Origin: Actinomycetes bacterium
GTDB lineage: Bacteria; Actinomycetota; Actinomycetes; JACCUZ01
DNA length: 58,398 nt
Assembly: GCA_036269735.1 (NCBI GenBank)
Contig: DATBDW010000111.1
Location: forward strand, 1 to 58,398
Direction of reading: 5' to 3'
Below the pieces are notes generated by a model. It did not search any database, was not told where the DNA came from, and saw nothing but the letters and a program-made list of their open reading frames with translations. Every line of letters begins with the position of its first letter. Position 1 is the first letter of the stretch. Both the position numbers and the translations under genes were made by a program. Shown here piece by piece: positions 19,548-27,757 of this stretch.

Positions 19548-20219
19548 TCAGTCCTCGACGCAGAGCCGCAGCTGAACCCGTGCCCCCCCGAGGCGGCTTT
19601 CTCTGATGGTCACCGCGCCGCCGTACTCTGACGCCGCTCGTGACACGACGCGCATCCCCAAGCCATGGTTCCGCGGGATGCGCCCGAATCCCGGGCCGGA
19701 GTCGTCGACCTCGATCATCGCCCAGCGTGCCACCTTGCGGACCCTGATCCGCACGGTGCCGCCGGGACCAGCTGCCCGGCAGGCGTTGTCGACCATGTTC
19801 GCGACCGCGCGCCGGAGCAGGACCGGGTTGGCCCACATCAGGACCGGCCGTTCGCCCAGCTCGATCCGCCAGACGATCTCGTTCCACCCCGGGGCGGCCG
19901 CGCTCTCGCGTGCGGTGTCCCGAAGGTCGATCTCCAGATCGGTCCCCGCAGTGCCGACGGCTTCCGCCTCACGCACGATGCAGGACATCCACGCGGTGGC
20001 GGCCGCGATCTGGTTCAGCCTGGTGTGCGTCGACTCCGAGACCTCGGTCTCGGCGACAGCGGACTCGGCGAGTAACGCGATAGCCGCCAGAGGTTGCATC
20101 AGGTCGTGACAGACCGTCCTGAGCTGCTCACCCGGTACGTCGTTCTCCTCGGCGTCGTTACCGCCGCCAGACTTTCCTGTGAACTGGGCCACCCCCGTGG
20201 TCCATTCGACAGCGCTCAT
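19548..20219 (-). CDS. short cytoplasmic histidine kinase (DHp + HATPase_c only, no TM or sensor domain)
   Basis: The H-box is TVCHDLMQPLAAI, the N-box NMVDNACRAA and the G-boxes DDSGPGF/GLGMRVV. ATG at 20219 is the chosen start and GTG at 20240 is an alternative. No hydrophobic helix is present. Confidence 0.8.
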   Translation of the reverse strand: MSAVEWTTGVAQFTGKSGGGNDAEENDVPGEQLRTVCHDLMQPLAAIALLAESAVAETEVSESTHTRLNQIAAATAWMSCIVREAEAVGTAGTDLEIDLRDTARESAAAPGWNEIVWRIELGERPVLMWANPVLLRRAVANMVDNACRAAGPGGTVRIRVRKVARWAMIEVDDSGPGFGRIPRNHGLGMRVVSRAASEYGGAVTIRESRLGGARVQLRLCVED

Positions 20220-20286
20220 GTTCACGCCCCCCCCAGGCACGTTTCTATGCTCCCCGCGGCCCCTTCTGCCCCCACTGCGGTCGACG

Positions 20287-20310
20287 GATGGTCATTCAGT
20301 GATGACCATC
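20287..20310. promoter_or_regulatory. 9-bp-arm inverted repeat in the divergent HK-RR / glycan-operon promoter region
   Basis: GATGGTCAT-tcagtg-ATGACCATC has perfect arms. It lies in a 316-bp intergenic region whose GC content is locally lower. A second short palindrome, CCACCTGGTGG, lies at 20445-20455. Confidence 0.5.
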
Positions 20311-20535
20311 GATTGACCTCTGCGTCCTCACGCTAGGCCGACACATCAGCCTAGGGCCATCGTTCGTACGGCGGATGAAAGAACGGGCAATTCATCGCAA
20401 GCCCGCCCCCTGACCAGGCACTACGTTGCGTCGGGACATCATCACCACCTGGTGGGATGTCTAGTGCAAGAGGCGTAGCCAACCTCCGTCAGCGGTGGCT
20501 TCTCGTACTTCCCTGCGTCGTTCACCGTTGCGCTC

Positions 20536-21300
20536 GTGTTCACCGTGGTGGTTGCTGACGACGAGCGAGTCTTCGCCGAGGCGCTGACTGGCCTGCTCGA
20601 GACCGACGAACGCCTGCGCGTCCTGTCAGCCGTGTCCACCGCGGAAGAGCTGGACGACGTCGTCCGCCAGGACGTGCCCGACGTCGCCGTCGTCGGATCC
20701 ACCCTCGCCTCCGGCTGCGGCTCGGTCGCTGCGCCGCCCTGGGCCGACGACGAGGGGATCACGCGGGTGCTCGTGGTCGCAGCAGAGACGCGGCTCGAGG
20801 AGGTCACGGCCGCGCTGCAGGCCGGGATCTGCGGCTGGGTGTCCAAGGACGCCACCGCCGACGAGCTGCGCGAAGCCGTGCATGCCGTCGCCAAGGGCGA
20901 CATCCACCTCCCGGCCACCATGATCACGGCTGTGCTACGGCTGCTCGCGGGGCGCGACCGTGGCCGGCGGGAACGGGACGTTCTGGCGACGCTCACGTCG
21001 CGTGAGCGCGACGTCCTCGGCTGCATGGTCATCGGGCTGAACCGCGCGGAGATGTCCCGACGCCTCTTCCTGTCGCCGAACACCGTGCGCACCCACATGC
21101 AGAACGTGCTCCGCAAGCTCGAGGTCCACAGCTCGCTGGCCGCTGCGGCCTATGCGCGCAGCCACGGCTTCGACGGGTCCGACCGGACCGGTCCGGCACG
21201 AGTCGTGGACCTCCGTGCGGCGGGTCGAGCGGGCTCACATCCGGCGCGGACAGTCAAGGACGGAGGGCGATGGATCTCAACGACGCCTGGCAGAGGGTAG
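20536..21300 (+). CDS. atypical LuxR-family response regulator lacking the phospho-acceptor Asp
   Basis: The start is GTG at 20536. The receiver-like N-terminus reads VVVADDE...PDVAVVGSTL, with Gly (codon 20695-20697) where the NarL D59 equivalent is expected. Ala replaces the conserved S/T (LVVAAE) and the Lys is kept (GWVSKD). The LuxR HTH reads LTSRERDVLGCMVIGLNRAEMSRRLFLSPNTVRTHMQNVLRKL. Confidence 0.8.
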   Translation: MFTVVVADDERVFAEALTGLLETDERLRVLSAVSTAEELDDVVRQDVPDVAVVGSTLASGCGSVAAPPWADDEGITRVLVVAAETRLEEVTAALQAGICGWVSKDATADELREAVHAVAKGDIHLPATMITAVLRLLAGRDRGRRERDVLATLTSRERDVLGCMVIGLNRAEMSRRLFLSPNTVRTHMQNVLRKLEVHSSLAAAAYARSHGFDGSDRTGPARVVDLRAAGRAGSHPARTVKDGGRWISTTPGRG

Positions 21301-22643
21301 TTCTGCGGCACCTAGCGCTGATCGGTGCCTGTGTCGTGGTTCCTGTACTGATCGTGATCGCCATGTCCTTCGGCGGCGCACACGACTACTCGAGCTCCGC
21401 GCGGGTCGCCGTCGGCACGCAGGCGGCGCGCAGCACCCAGGAGGCCGCGGCCCAGGCCGCGCAGGTCGGGGCGATCGCCACGAGCCGGACGGTAGTGGCC
21501 GAAGCTCTGCGGACGGCCGGTGTCGACCGCCCGGCGGGACGGACCGCATCGCAGGAGGTCACCGTGACCGGCCTCGGGTCATCGCCCGTGACCCGCCTGA
21601 CGGTCCGCGACCACGACGCCGGTGCGGCCGGAAGGATCACCCAGGCGCTCGCCGACCAGGTGGTTGCGGTGCTGGCCGGGCCGCGGGGCGACCTTGAGCG
21701 CAGCCGCGCCCAGGTCGAGGACCGGTTCACGAGCCTGCAGCTTCGGCGGGGCGACGTGCTGTCTGCCGCGCCGGCCCTGATGTCCGCCAAGGACAGTGCT
21801 GCCATCGCTGGGATCGACGACGAGCTGCGTGGGCTCGGCGACCAGCTTGTCGGGATCGACGCGCAGCTCGCCGCCACCATCGACCCACAGGTCGTGGACG
21901 ACGCGGGCCCCGCGTCACCAGTTCCCTCGTCGCGACTTCCCGACGCCACGCTGGCCGGCCTCCTGGGGCTCGTCGTCGGGCTCGGTATCGCAGCAGCCAG
22001 GGAGTCGGTGCACCCCACCGTCGTCGGCGTCGAGGCGCTGTCGAAGATCTTCTCCGCACCGCCGCTGGGCACCGTGGACCAGCGTGACGGAGTCCGACTG
22101 GGCATGTCCCTGGACCGGCTGGCGACCCGCGTCGACATCGCGGCGCGCCGGGTGGGTGTCAACGTCGTGGCACTCTCCGGACCGCTGCCCGAGGCGAAGC
22201 TAGCCGACCTGGCGCAGGACCTCGATTACCTGACGGCCGGCCACGCCCTCCCTCGGGTCGGCGACGCGCCGGTGAGCCGACTGCAGACCCAGCTGCAGCA
22301 CCGCCTGCAGATCCGCAACCAGAACGGAGCAGGTGCGGCGTCAGCCGTGGCCACCGAGGAACGACACCTCGGGGGAGCCGACCCCACCGTCACGTGGGAG
22401 ACGGTCCGCGTGCTGCCGTGCGACGAGCGCACGCTGTCTCTGCTGGGCCGCTCGGGCGGCGAGCGGATGGGCATGCTCGTCGTCGCCGCTCGCAGCACGC
22501 CACGCGACAGCCTGCTCCACATCGAGGACGTCGTCAGCACGACGGGCTGGCCGCTGATCGGGGTCATCTCCGTGGCGCCGGAGCCGCGGTCCTCGCGTGT
22601 CGTAGACACCGTTCGGCGCGCCGCCAAGGAGCTGTTCTCGTGA
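21270..22643 (+). CDS. Wzz/PCP-like polysaccharide co-polymerase with a degenerate BY-kinase-like C-terminal domain
   Basis: There are two TM helices (residues ~15-33 and ~226-243) flanking a helical, Ala/Gln-rich periplasmic region. The C-terminal part resembles a BY-kinase/ParA fold (MLVVAARSTPRDSLLHIEDVVSTTGWPLIGVISV). The Walker A position reads ALSGPLPEAK (22170-22199). There is no Tyr-rich tail. Confidence 0.65.
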   Translation: MDLNDAWQRVVLRHLALIGACVVVPVLIVIAMSFGGAHDYSSSARVAVGTQAARSTQEAAAQAAQVGAIATSRTVVAEALRTAGVDRPAGRTASQEVTVTGLGSSPVTRLTVRDHDAGAAGRITQALADQVVAVLAGPRGDLERSRAQVEDRFTSLQLRRGDVLSAAPALMSAKDSAAIAGIDDELRGLGDQLVGIDAQLAATIDPQVVDDAGPASPVPSSRLPDATLAGLLGLVVGLGIAAARESVHPTVVGVEALSKIFSAPPLGTVDQRDGVRLGMSLDRLATRVDIAARRVGVNVVALSGPLPEAKLADLAQDLDYLTAGHALPRVGDAPVSRLQTQLQHRLQIRNQNGAGAASAVATEERHLGGADPTVTWETVRVLPCDERTLSLLGRSGGERMGMLVVAARSTPRDSLLHIEDVVSTTGWPLIGVISVAPEPRSSRVVDTVRRAAKELFS

Positions 22644-23860
22644 CAGTCCTCCCGGCCGCCCAGGTCGAGCCGGCGCCGATCGGCTTCGCCACCACCACCA
22701 TCAGCGAGGAGGCGGTGGCCGCGGCCGCACGCGTCCTCCGTTCGGGCTGGGTCACGACCGGTCCCCAAACGGCCTGGTTCGAAGGTGAGTTCGCGCACAA
22801 GGTCGGCGCCCGGCATGCCGTCGGCGTGGCGTCGTGCACCGCGGCGATCGAGATGTCCCTGCGCGGCCTGCACCTGCCGCCGGGCGCCAAAGTCCTCGTG
22901 TCGACGATCACGTTCTGCGGAGCCGTCCACGCCATCACCCACGCAGGCCTGCGACCCGTCCTGGTGGACGTCGAGCCGGTGACGGCCATGCCGAGCGCCG
23001 AGACCACCGCGCGCGCGGCTTCCGAGTGCGGCGGCCCCGACGCGATGCTTGTCGTGCATCTCGCCGGGCACCCGGCACCGGTGGCCGAGCTGGCCGCGGC
23101 CGCCGGCTTGTCGCTGGACCGGGTCGTCGAGGACGCGGCGCACGCTCTGGGCGCGAGCATCGGAGGCCGGCCGGTGGGGACCCTCTCCCGAGCCACCTGC
23201 TTCAGCTTCTACGCGACCAAGAACCTGCCGATCGGGGAGGGCGGCATGGTCACCACCGACGACGAGGAGCTGGCCGCCTTCTGCCGCCGGACCCGCCTGC
23301 ACGGCATGTCGGCCGACGCGTGGCGCCGGTACCTGCCGGGCGGGTCCTGGCGGTACACCGTCGAGGAGGCAGGTCTCAAGGCCAACCTGACCGACCTCCA
23401 GTCGGCGATCGGGTCTGCACAGCTGCGCCACCTCGACCGCTGGCAGCGCCGCCGGCACGAGATCGCGCAGCGGTACGCCGAGGGGCTCGCCGGCCTGGAC
23501 GGGATCGGCCTGCCCGGCATCCCGCACGACGGCGAGCACGCCTGGCACCTCTACGTGATCCGGGTCCGCCCCGAGCTCGGGCTCAGCCGCGACGAGCTGG
23601 CGAGCCACCTGGGTGCTGAGGGGATCGGCACGTCGGTGCACTTCATCCCGCTGCACACGATGCCGCACTTCCGCGCAGTGGCCGAAGTCCCGCGGGGCGG
23701 ACTGCCGGTTGCTGACGCCGTCTTCGAACAGCTGCTCTCACTGCCGATGCACCCGGCCCTCTCCGACGACGAGGTCGACCGGGTCGCCCAGGCCGTGCGG
23801 AACGGCTCACGGCACGGTCTCAAGGCCGCGCTCACGTCTTCAGGAGGGGGATCAGCATGA
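22640..23860 (+). CDS. DegT/DnrJ/EryC1/StrS-family PLP-dependent sugar aminotransferase
   Basis: A GTG start overlaps the upstream stop. Motifs present are VLRSGWVTTGPQTAWFEGEFA, EDAAHALGA and FSFYATKNLPIGEGGMV, the last containing the PLP lysine. Confidence 0.9.
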   Translation: MTVLPAAQVEPAPIGFATTTISEEAVAAAARVLRSGWVTTGPQTAWFEGEFAHKVGARHAVGVASCTAAIEMSLRGLHLPPGAKVLVSTITFCGAVHAITHAGLRPVLVDVEPVTAMPSAETTARAASECGGPDAMLVVHLAGHPAPVAELAAAAGLSLDRVVEDAAHALGASIGGRPVGTLSRATCFSFYATKNLPIGEGGMVTTDDEELAAFCRRTRLHGMSADAWRRYLPGGSWRYTVEEAGLKANLTDLQSAIGSAQLRHLDRWQRRRHEIAQRYAEGLAGLDGIGLPGIPHDGEHAWHLYVIRVRPELGLSRDELASHLGAEGIGTSVHFIPLHTMPHFRAVAEVPRGGLPVADAVFEQLLSLPMHPALSDDEVDRVAQAVRNGSRHGLKAALTSSGGGSA

Positions 23861-25359
23861 GTGTCGAGGTGCCAACGCAGAGAGCCGAAGTGATCGACCT
23901 GCACGCCGACCGGCAGATGAGGGCGCTGATCGTCGGTGCAGGAGCGGCCGGGCGGACGCTTGCGCGCGACATCCTCGGGGTGACCAGCCTCGGGTTGTTG
24001 CCGGTCGGGTTCGTCGACGACGAGGACTCGCTGAGCGATCTCGAGCTGCCGCTGCTCGGGCCACTCCGCGACCTCACGGAGATCGTCATCGACCACCACA
24101 TCGAGGTGGTCGTGCTCGCGATCCCGTCGCTCCCGCCAGAGCGCTTCCGGGTCCTCGCCCTCGACGCGGCGCGCGGTGGCGCGCTGGTGCGCTACCTCCC
24201 GTCCTTCCTGGCCGCACTGCGCCGCGACATGGCCGGGAGCGACCTGCGGGCCCTGGACATCCGAGCGCTGATCGGCCGCAACGAGATGCACCTGGTGAGC
24301 CCGGAGGCACAGGCCCTCGTGAAGGGCCGACGCGTTCTCGTCACCGGCGCCGGGGGCTCGATCGGCAGCGAGCTGTGCAGGCAGGTCAACCGGTTCGGCC
24401 CGAGCAAGCTGTACATGCTCGACCACGACGAGTCCAACCTGCACCGGCTGCAGCTCGAGCTCTCGGGCGAAGCCCTGCTCGACGATGACGGGCTGGTCGT
24501 CGCCGACATCCGCGACCGCGGCCGGATCCACCAGCTCTTCGGAGAGCTCCGACCGGACGTCGTGTTCCACGCCGCAGCCCACAAGCACCTGCCGCTGCTG
24601 GAGAAGCACCCGTGCGAGGGCGTCAAGACCAACGTCATCGGCACGCAGAACCTGGTCGAGGCCGCACTCTGGTTCGGGGTCGAGCGGTTCATCTTCATCT
24701 CGACCGACAAAGCGGCCGACCCGACCTCGGTGCTCGGCGCGACCAAGAGGCTCGGCGAGCTGGTCGTCCGGGAGCACTCGCACGGGGCGGGGTCGTTTGC
24801 CTCGGTGCGGTTCGGCAACGTGCTCGGCAGCCGGGGGTCGCTGCTCACAGTCATCTCCGAGCAGCTGCGCAACGGCCTGGCGGTCACCGTCACCCACCCC
24901 GACGTCACGCGCTTCTTCATGACGATCGAGGAGGCGGTCGGGCTGGTGCTCGAGGCGGCCCGGATGGCCGACCGTGGCGAGGTGTTCGTCCTCGACATGG
25001 GCAGCCCGGTACGCATCGTCGACCTCGTCCGCACCTTCGCAGCACAGGTCCACCTCACCGATGTGGACATCCGCTACACCGGGCTGCGGCCGGGCGAGAA
25101 GCTGAACGAGGCCCTGTTCAGCGAGCACGAGGTGCGCGAGCCGACCGAGCACGAGCAGATCTTCAAGACCTGCCCGGAGGAGGCGGCCTGCACCCGACCG
25201 CACCTGTTCGAGGAGCTCGAGCAGGCGGCCGCGGCCAACGATCCGGCCCGGGTCAAGGCCGCATTGCGGCAGATGCTTCCCGGCTACGAGCCCGCCACGG
25301 CGATGCAGCCGGTGCTGGCCGGCGGGGCCGCACCGGCGCCGTACCCGGACTACTTCTGA
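23857..25359 (+). CDS. CapD/PglF/WbpM-type nucleotide-sugar 4,6-dehydratase (no N-terminal TM domain)
   Basis: Motifs present are VLVTGAGGSIGSELCRQV, MLDHDESNL, FHAAAHKHLPLLEKHP and FISTDKAADPTSVLGATKR. Confidence 0.88.
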   Translation: MSVEVPTQRAEVIDLHADRQMRALIVGAGAAGRTLARDILGVTSLGLLPVGFVDDEDSLSDLELPLLGPLRDLTEIVIDHHIEVVVLAIPSLPPERFRVLALDAARGGALVRYLPSFLAALRRDMAGSDLRALDIRALIGRNEMHLVSPEAQALVKGRRVLVTGAGGSIGSELCRQVNRFGPSKLYMLDHDESNLHRLQLELSGEALLDDDGLVVADIRDRGRIHQLFGELRPDVVFHAAAHKHLPLLEKHPCEGVKTNVIGTQNLVEAALWFGVERFIFISTDKAADPTSVLGATKRLGELVVREHSHGAGSFASVRFGNVLGSRGSLLTVISEQLRNGLAVTVTHPDVTRFFMTIEEAVGLVLEAARMADRGEVFVLDMGSPVRIVDLVRTFAAQVHLTDVDIRYTGLRPGEKLNEALFSEHEVREPTEHEQIFKTCPEEAACTRPHLFEELEQAAAANDPARVKAALRQMLPGYEPATAMQPVLAGGAAPAPYPDYF

Positions 25360-26327
25360 TGCGCGCCGTGCTGCAGACCGCCGGCGAGGTGGTCGAGGTC
25401 GACGCGGCAGGGTCCTGGGCGACCGAGGTGGTCCGCGACCTTCCACCCCGGGCGCCCGCCCCGCACGACGGCCCGCCGACCGTCCGGGTGCGTGACGGCT
25501 GGCCCGAGCAGCTGCTCGCTTCGGGCCGGCGGATGGGGCGGGGGATGAGGGCCCACGGCGGCGCCGTGGCGCTGACGTCAGCGTGCTCGTCTGGTGTCGA
25601 CCTGGATGTCAGAGCAACCGACGTCGTGGTGTCTGTCCTCGCGGCCCGGCGCCCGACGATCCGGGAAGCAACTCTGCACCGCGTGCTGCCCGAGCGAGCC
25701 CGCCTGTTGACCGCCGACGTGCTGCTGCACTACCCGGCGATCTGGCGCTCGGGCTGGCGCGGTCGGGCACCCCTGCACGCCGGTGCACTCGTCGTCGGGG
25801 GGCTGGGCGTCCTGGTGGTGGGCGCCAGCGGGGTGGGCAAGTCGACCCTGGCCATGGCCGAGGTCGGATCAGGTGCGACATTCGTCAGTGACAACCTGGT
25901 CGTCTCCGACGGCCGAAGCGCCTGGGGGCTGCTCGAGCCGGTCCGTGCGGCGGGAGGCGACGGGGCTCGCACGACACATGGTCGGCGGCTGGTCGAGGTG
26001 CCCGCCCGGCGGCTGTCGGCGCAGGTGGACCTGGTCGTGGTCCTCCGGCGCGAGGGCAGTGCGGTGCAGGCGCGGGAGATCGCCCCCGATGTCGCGGCCC
26101 GGGAGCTGACGGCGAGCACCTACGCGGCCGGCGAGCTGCGCAGGTACTGGGGCTTCGCGGCGACTCTTGCGGCCGGGACCGGTCGGGGTCCGGTGCACCC
26201 GCCGGTCGCCTCGGTCGCCGAGCAGGTCTGCTCGGGAGCTCCGTGCCTCGAGCTCGACCTGGGTGACCGGCCCGGTCCGCACCTCAGCCACGTGGTCGAG
26301 ACCCTCGGGGTGACCCAGTGGACGTGA
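25359..26327 (+). CDS. HPr kinase C-terminal-domain-like P-loop protein (HprK-related kinase)
   Basis: The ATG overlaps the capD-like stop (TGATG). The translation LHAGALVVGGLGVLVVGASGVGKSTLAMAE has its P-loop at 25821-25847 and is followed by FVSDNLVV. This is the pattern of the HprK/P C-terminal domain. Confidence 0.7.
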   Translation: MRAVLQTAGEVVEVDAAGSWATEVVRDLPPRAPAPHDGPPTVRVRDGWPEQLLASGRRMGRGMRAHGGAVALTSACSSGVDLDVRATDVVVSVLAARRPTIREATLHRVLPERARLLTADVLLHYPAIWRSGWRGRAPLHAGALVVGGLGVLVVGASGVGKSTLAMAEVGSGATFVSDNLVVSDGRSAWGLLEPVRAAGGDGARTTHGRRLVEVPARRLSAQVDLVVVLRREGSAVQAREIAPDVAARELTASTYAAGELRRYWGFAATLAAGTGRGPVHPPVASVAEQVCSGAPCLELDLGDRPGPHLSHVVETLGVTQWT

Positions 26328-27757
26328 CGGTGTTCACCCGTGCGATGGACGCTGCCACCGACCCGCGGGTGTTCGACAGCGCGGACCTGCGGGCGGACCC
26401 GAGTGCGCTCGACACGCTGCGGCGGGGCACCGCCGATGCCGACCTCGCGGCCCCGCCGGTCGTGCTCCCGGACTTCCACCACAAGCGCAAGCTCGAGATG
26501 CCGTCGAGCATCGCGGTGGCAACGCGTGAGTCCATCCGGCCCACCCTCACCAGCGCGTCGGTCAACTGCGGCATGGCGCTCATCGCCCTCAACAGCGACG
26601 TCCCGTCGCGCGCGGCGATCGACGCCTTCTACCGCGGTGTGCGTGAGCGCTACCCCTTCCCGACCACCAACCGGCGAGACCTCACCCGGTCCGAGGTCTT
26701 CCTGGCCGCGGCTCGGGGCGCGGGCTTCGGCCAGGAGCGATGGGGTGTCCACGACGACGACGTCGAGCGGATCGAGGAGCACGGGCAGCTCGATCTGGAG
26801 CCCTTCGGCGGCGAAGCGAGGCTGCGCAAGGAGCTGCCGGCGCTCGCCTTCCAGCTCGCGAGGCTCCGCTTCGGGACGGTCGGACCGAGCAACCACTTCG
26901 TCGAGCTGCAGACCGTCGAAGAGGTCTACGACCAGACGACGGCTGACCGCCTCGGCGTACGCGAGGGGCAGCTCGTGCTGCAGTACCACGCCGGGGGCGG
27001 TGTGCTCACCGGCGAGATCGGCCGCCTGTTCGGTCGCCGCAAGGACTACCCACGGCACCTGAGGGCGGCGATGTCGGTCGAGAAGCCGCTCGCGCACCTG
27101 GCCTCGGCCCGATCGGTCGCCCAGCTGCGCGATCGGCTGGCGCTGTACTTCAGCGACGGCTGCCCGCCCGTTCCCCGCCACAGCGACGAGGGGCGCCGCC
27201 TGATGCTGGCGAATGCGGCAGCGATGAACTACGGGTTCGCGTTCCGGATGGCGACGTACGCGGCGCTGCGGGCGCTGGCCGTCACCGCCTTCGGCGGGAC
27301 CCCGGGCCGGCTGGTCGTCGACTCGCCGCACAACTCGGTCTACGAGGAGGAGGTCGACGGCGACCTCGCCGTCGTCCACCGGCACAACTCCTGCCGAGCC
27401 TTCCCCGCCGAGCGGATGAGCCGCGGCACGGTGTTTGCCACCACGGGCCAGGCGGTTCTCGTGCCGGGGACGCACCGCACGTCGTCCTACCTTGCGGTGG
27501 CAGGCGAACGAGCCGCGGACAGCCTGCACTCCGCCTGCCACGGCGCGGGGACGGTCGTCCAGCAGTACGCCGATCGCGGCCTGTCGGCGTCGGACCCGGC
27601 CCGGCACTCGACCCTTCGATACCGCTACTCGGGCGCCGACCCCGAGGCGGTCCAGCACTATGACGACCGCGGCGTCGACGCGGCCGTCGACGTCCTGGTC
27701 TCCCACGAGCTGGTCCGGCCGGTCGCGCGGCTTCGGCCGATGGCGGTGCTGCACTGA
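26318..27757 (+). CDS. RtcB-family (RNA 3'-phosphate ligase fold) protein, divergent
   Basis: All RtcB signature blocks appear in order: LPDFHHK (Asp/His), SASVNCGMA (Cys), GTVGPSNHFVELQ (His), LQYHAGGG (His), SPHNSVYEE (His), VVHRHNSCRAF, LVPGTHRTSSY and SACHGAGT (the nucleotidyl-His equivalent, CAC at 27539-27541). The GTG start at 26318 overlaps the upstream gene by 10 nt; ATG at 26345 is an alternative. Confidence 0.75.
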   Translation: MDVTVFTRAMDAATDPRVFDSADLRADPSALDTLRRGTADADLAAPPVVLPDFHHKRKLEMPSSIAVATRESIRPTLTSASVNCGMALIALNSDVPSRAAIDAFYRGVRERYPFPTTNRRDLTRSEVFLAAARGAGFGQERWGVHDDDVERIEEHGQLDLEPFGGEARLRKELPALAFQLARLRFGTVGPSNHFVELQTVEEVYDQTTADRLGVREGQLVLQYHAGGGVLTGEIGRLFGRRKDYPRHLRAAMSVEKPLAHLASARSVAQLRDRLALYFSDGCPPVPRHSDEGRRLMLANAAAMNYGFAFRMATYAALRALAVTAFGGTPGRLVVDSPHNSVYEEEVDGDLAVVHRHNSCRAFPAERMSRGTVFATTGQAVLVPGTHRTSSYLAVAGERAADSLHSACHGAGTVVQQYADRGLSASDPARHSTLRYRYSGADPEAVQHYDDRGVDAAVDVLVSHELVRPVARLRPMAVLH

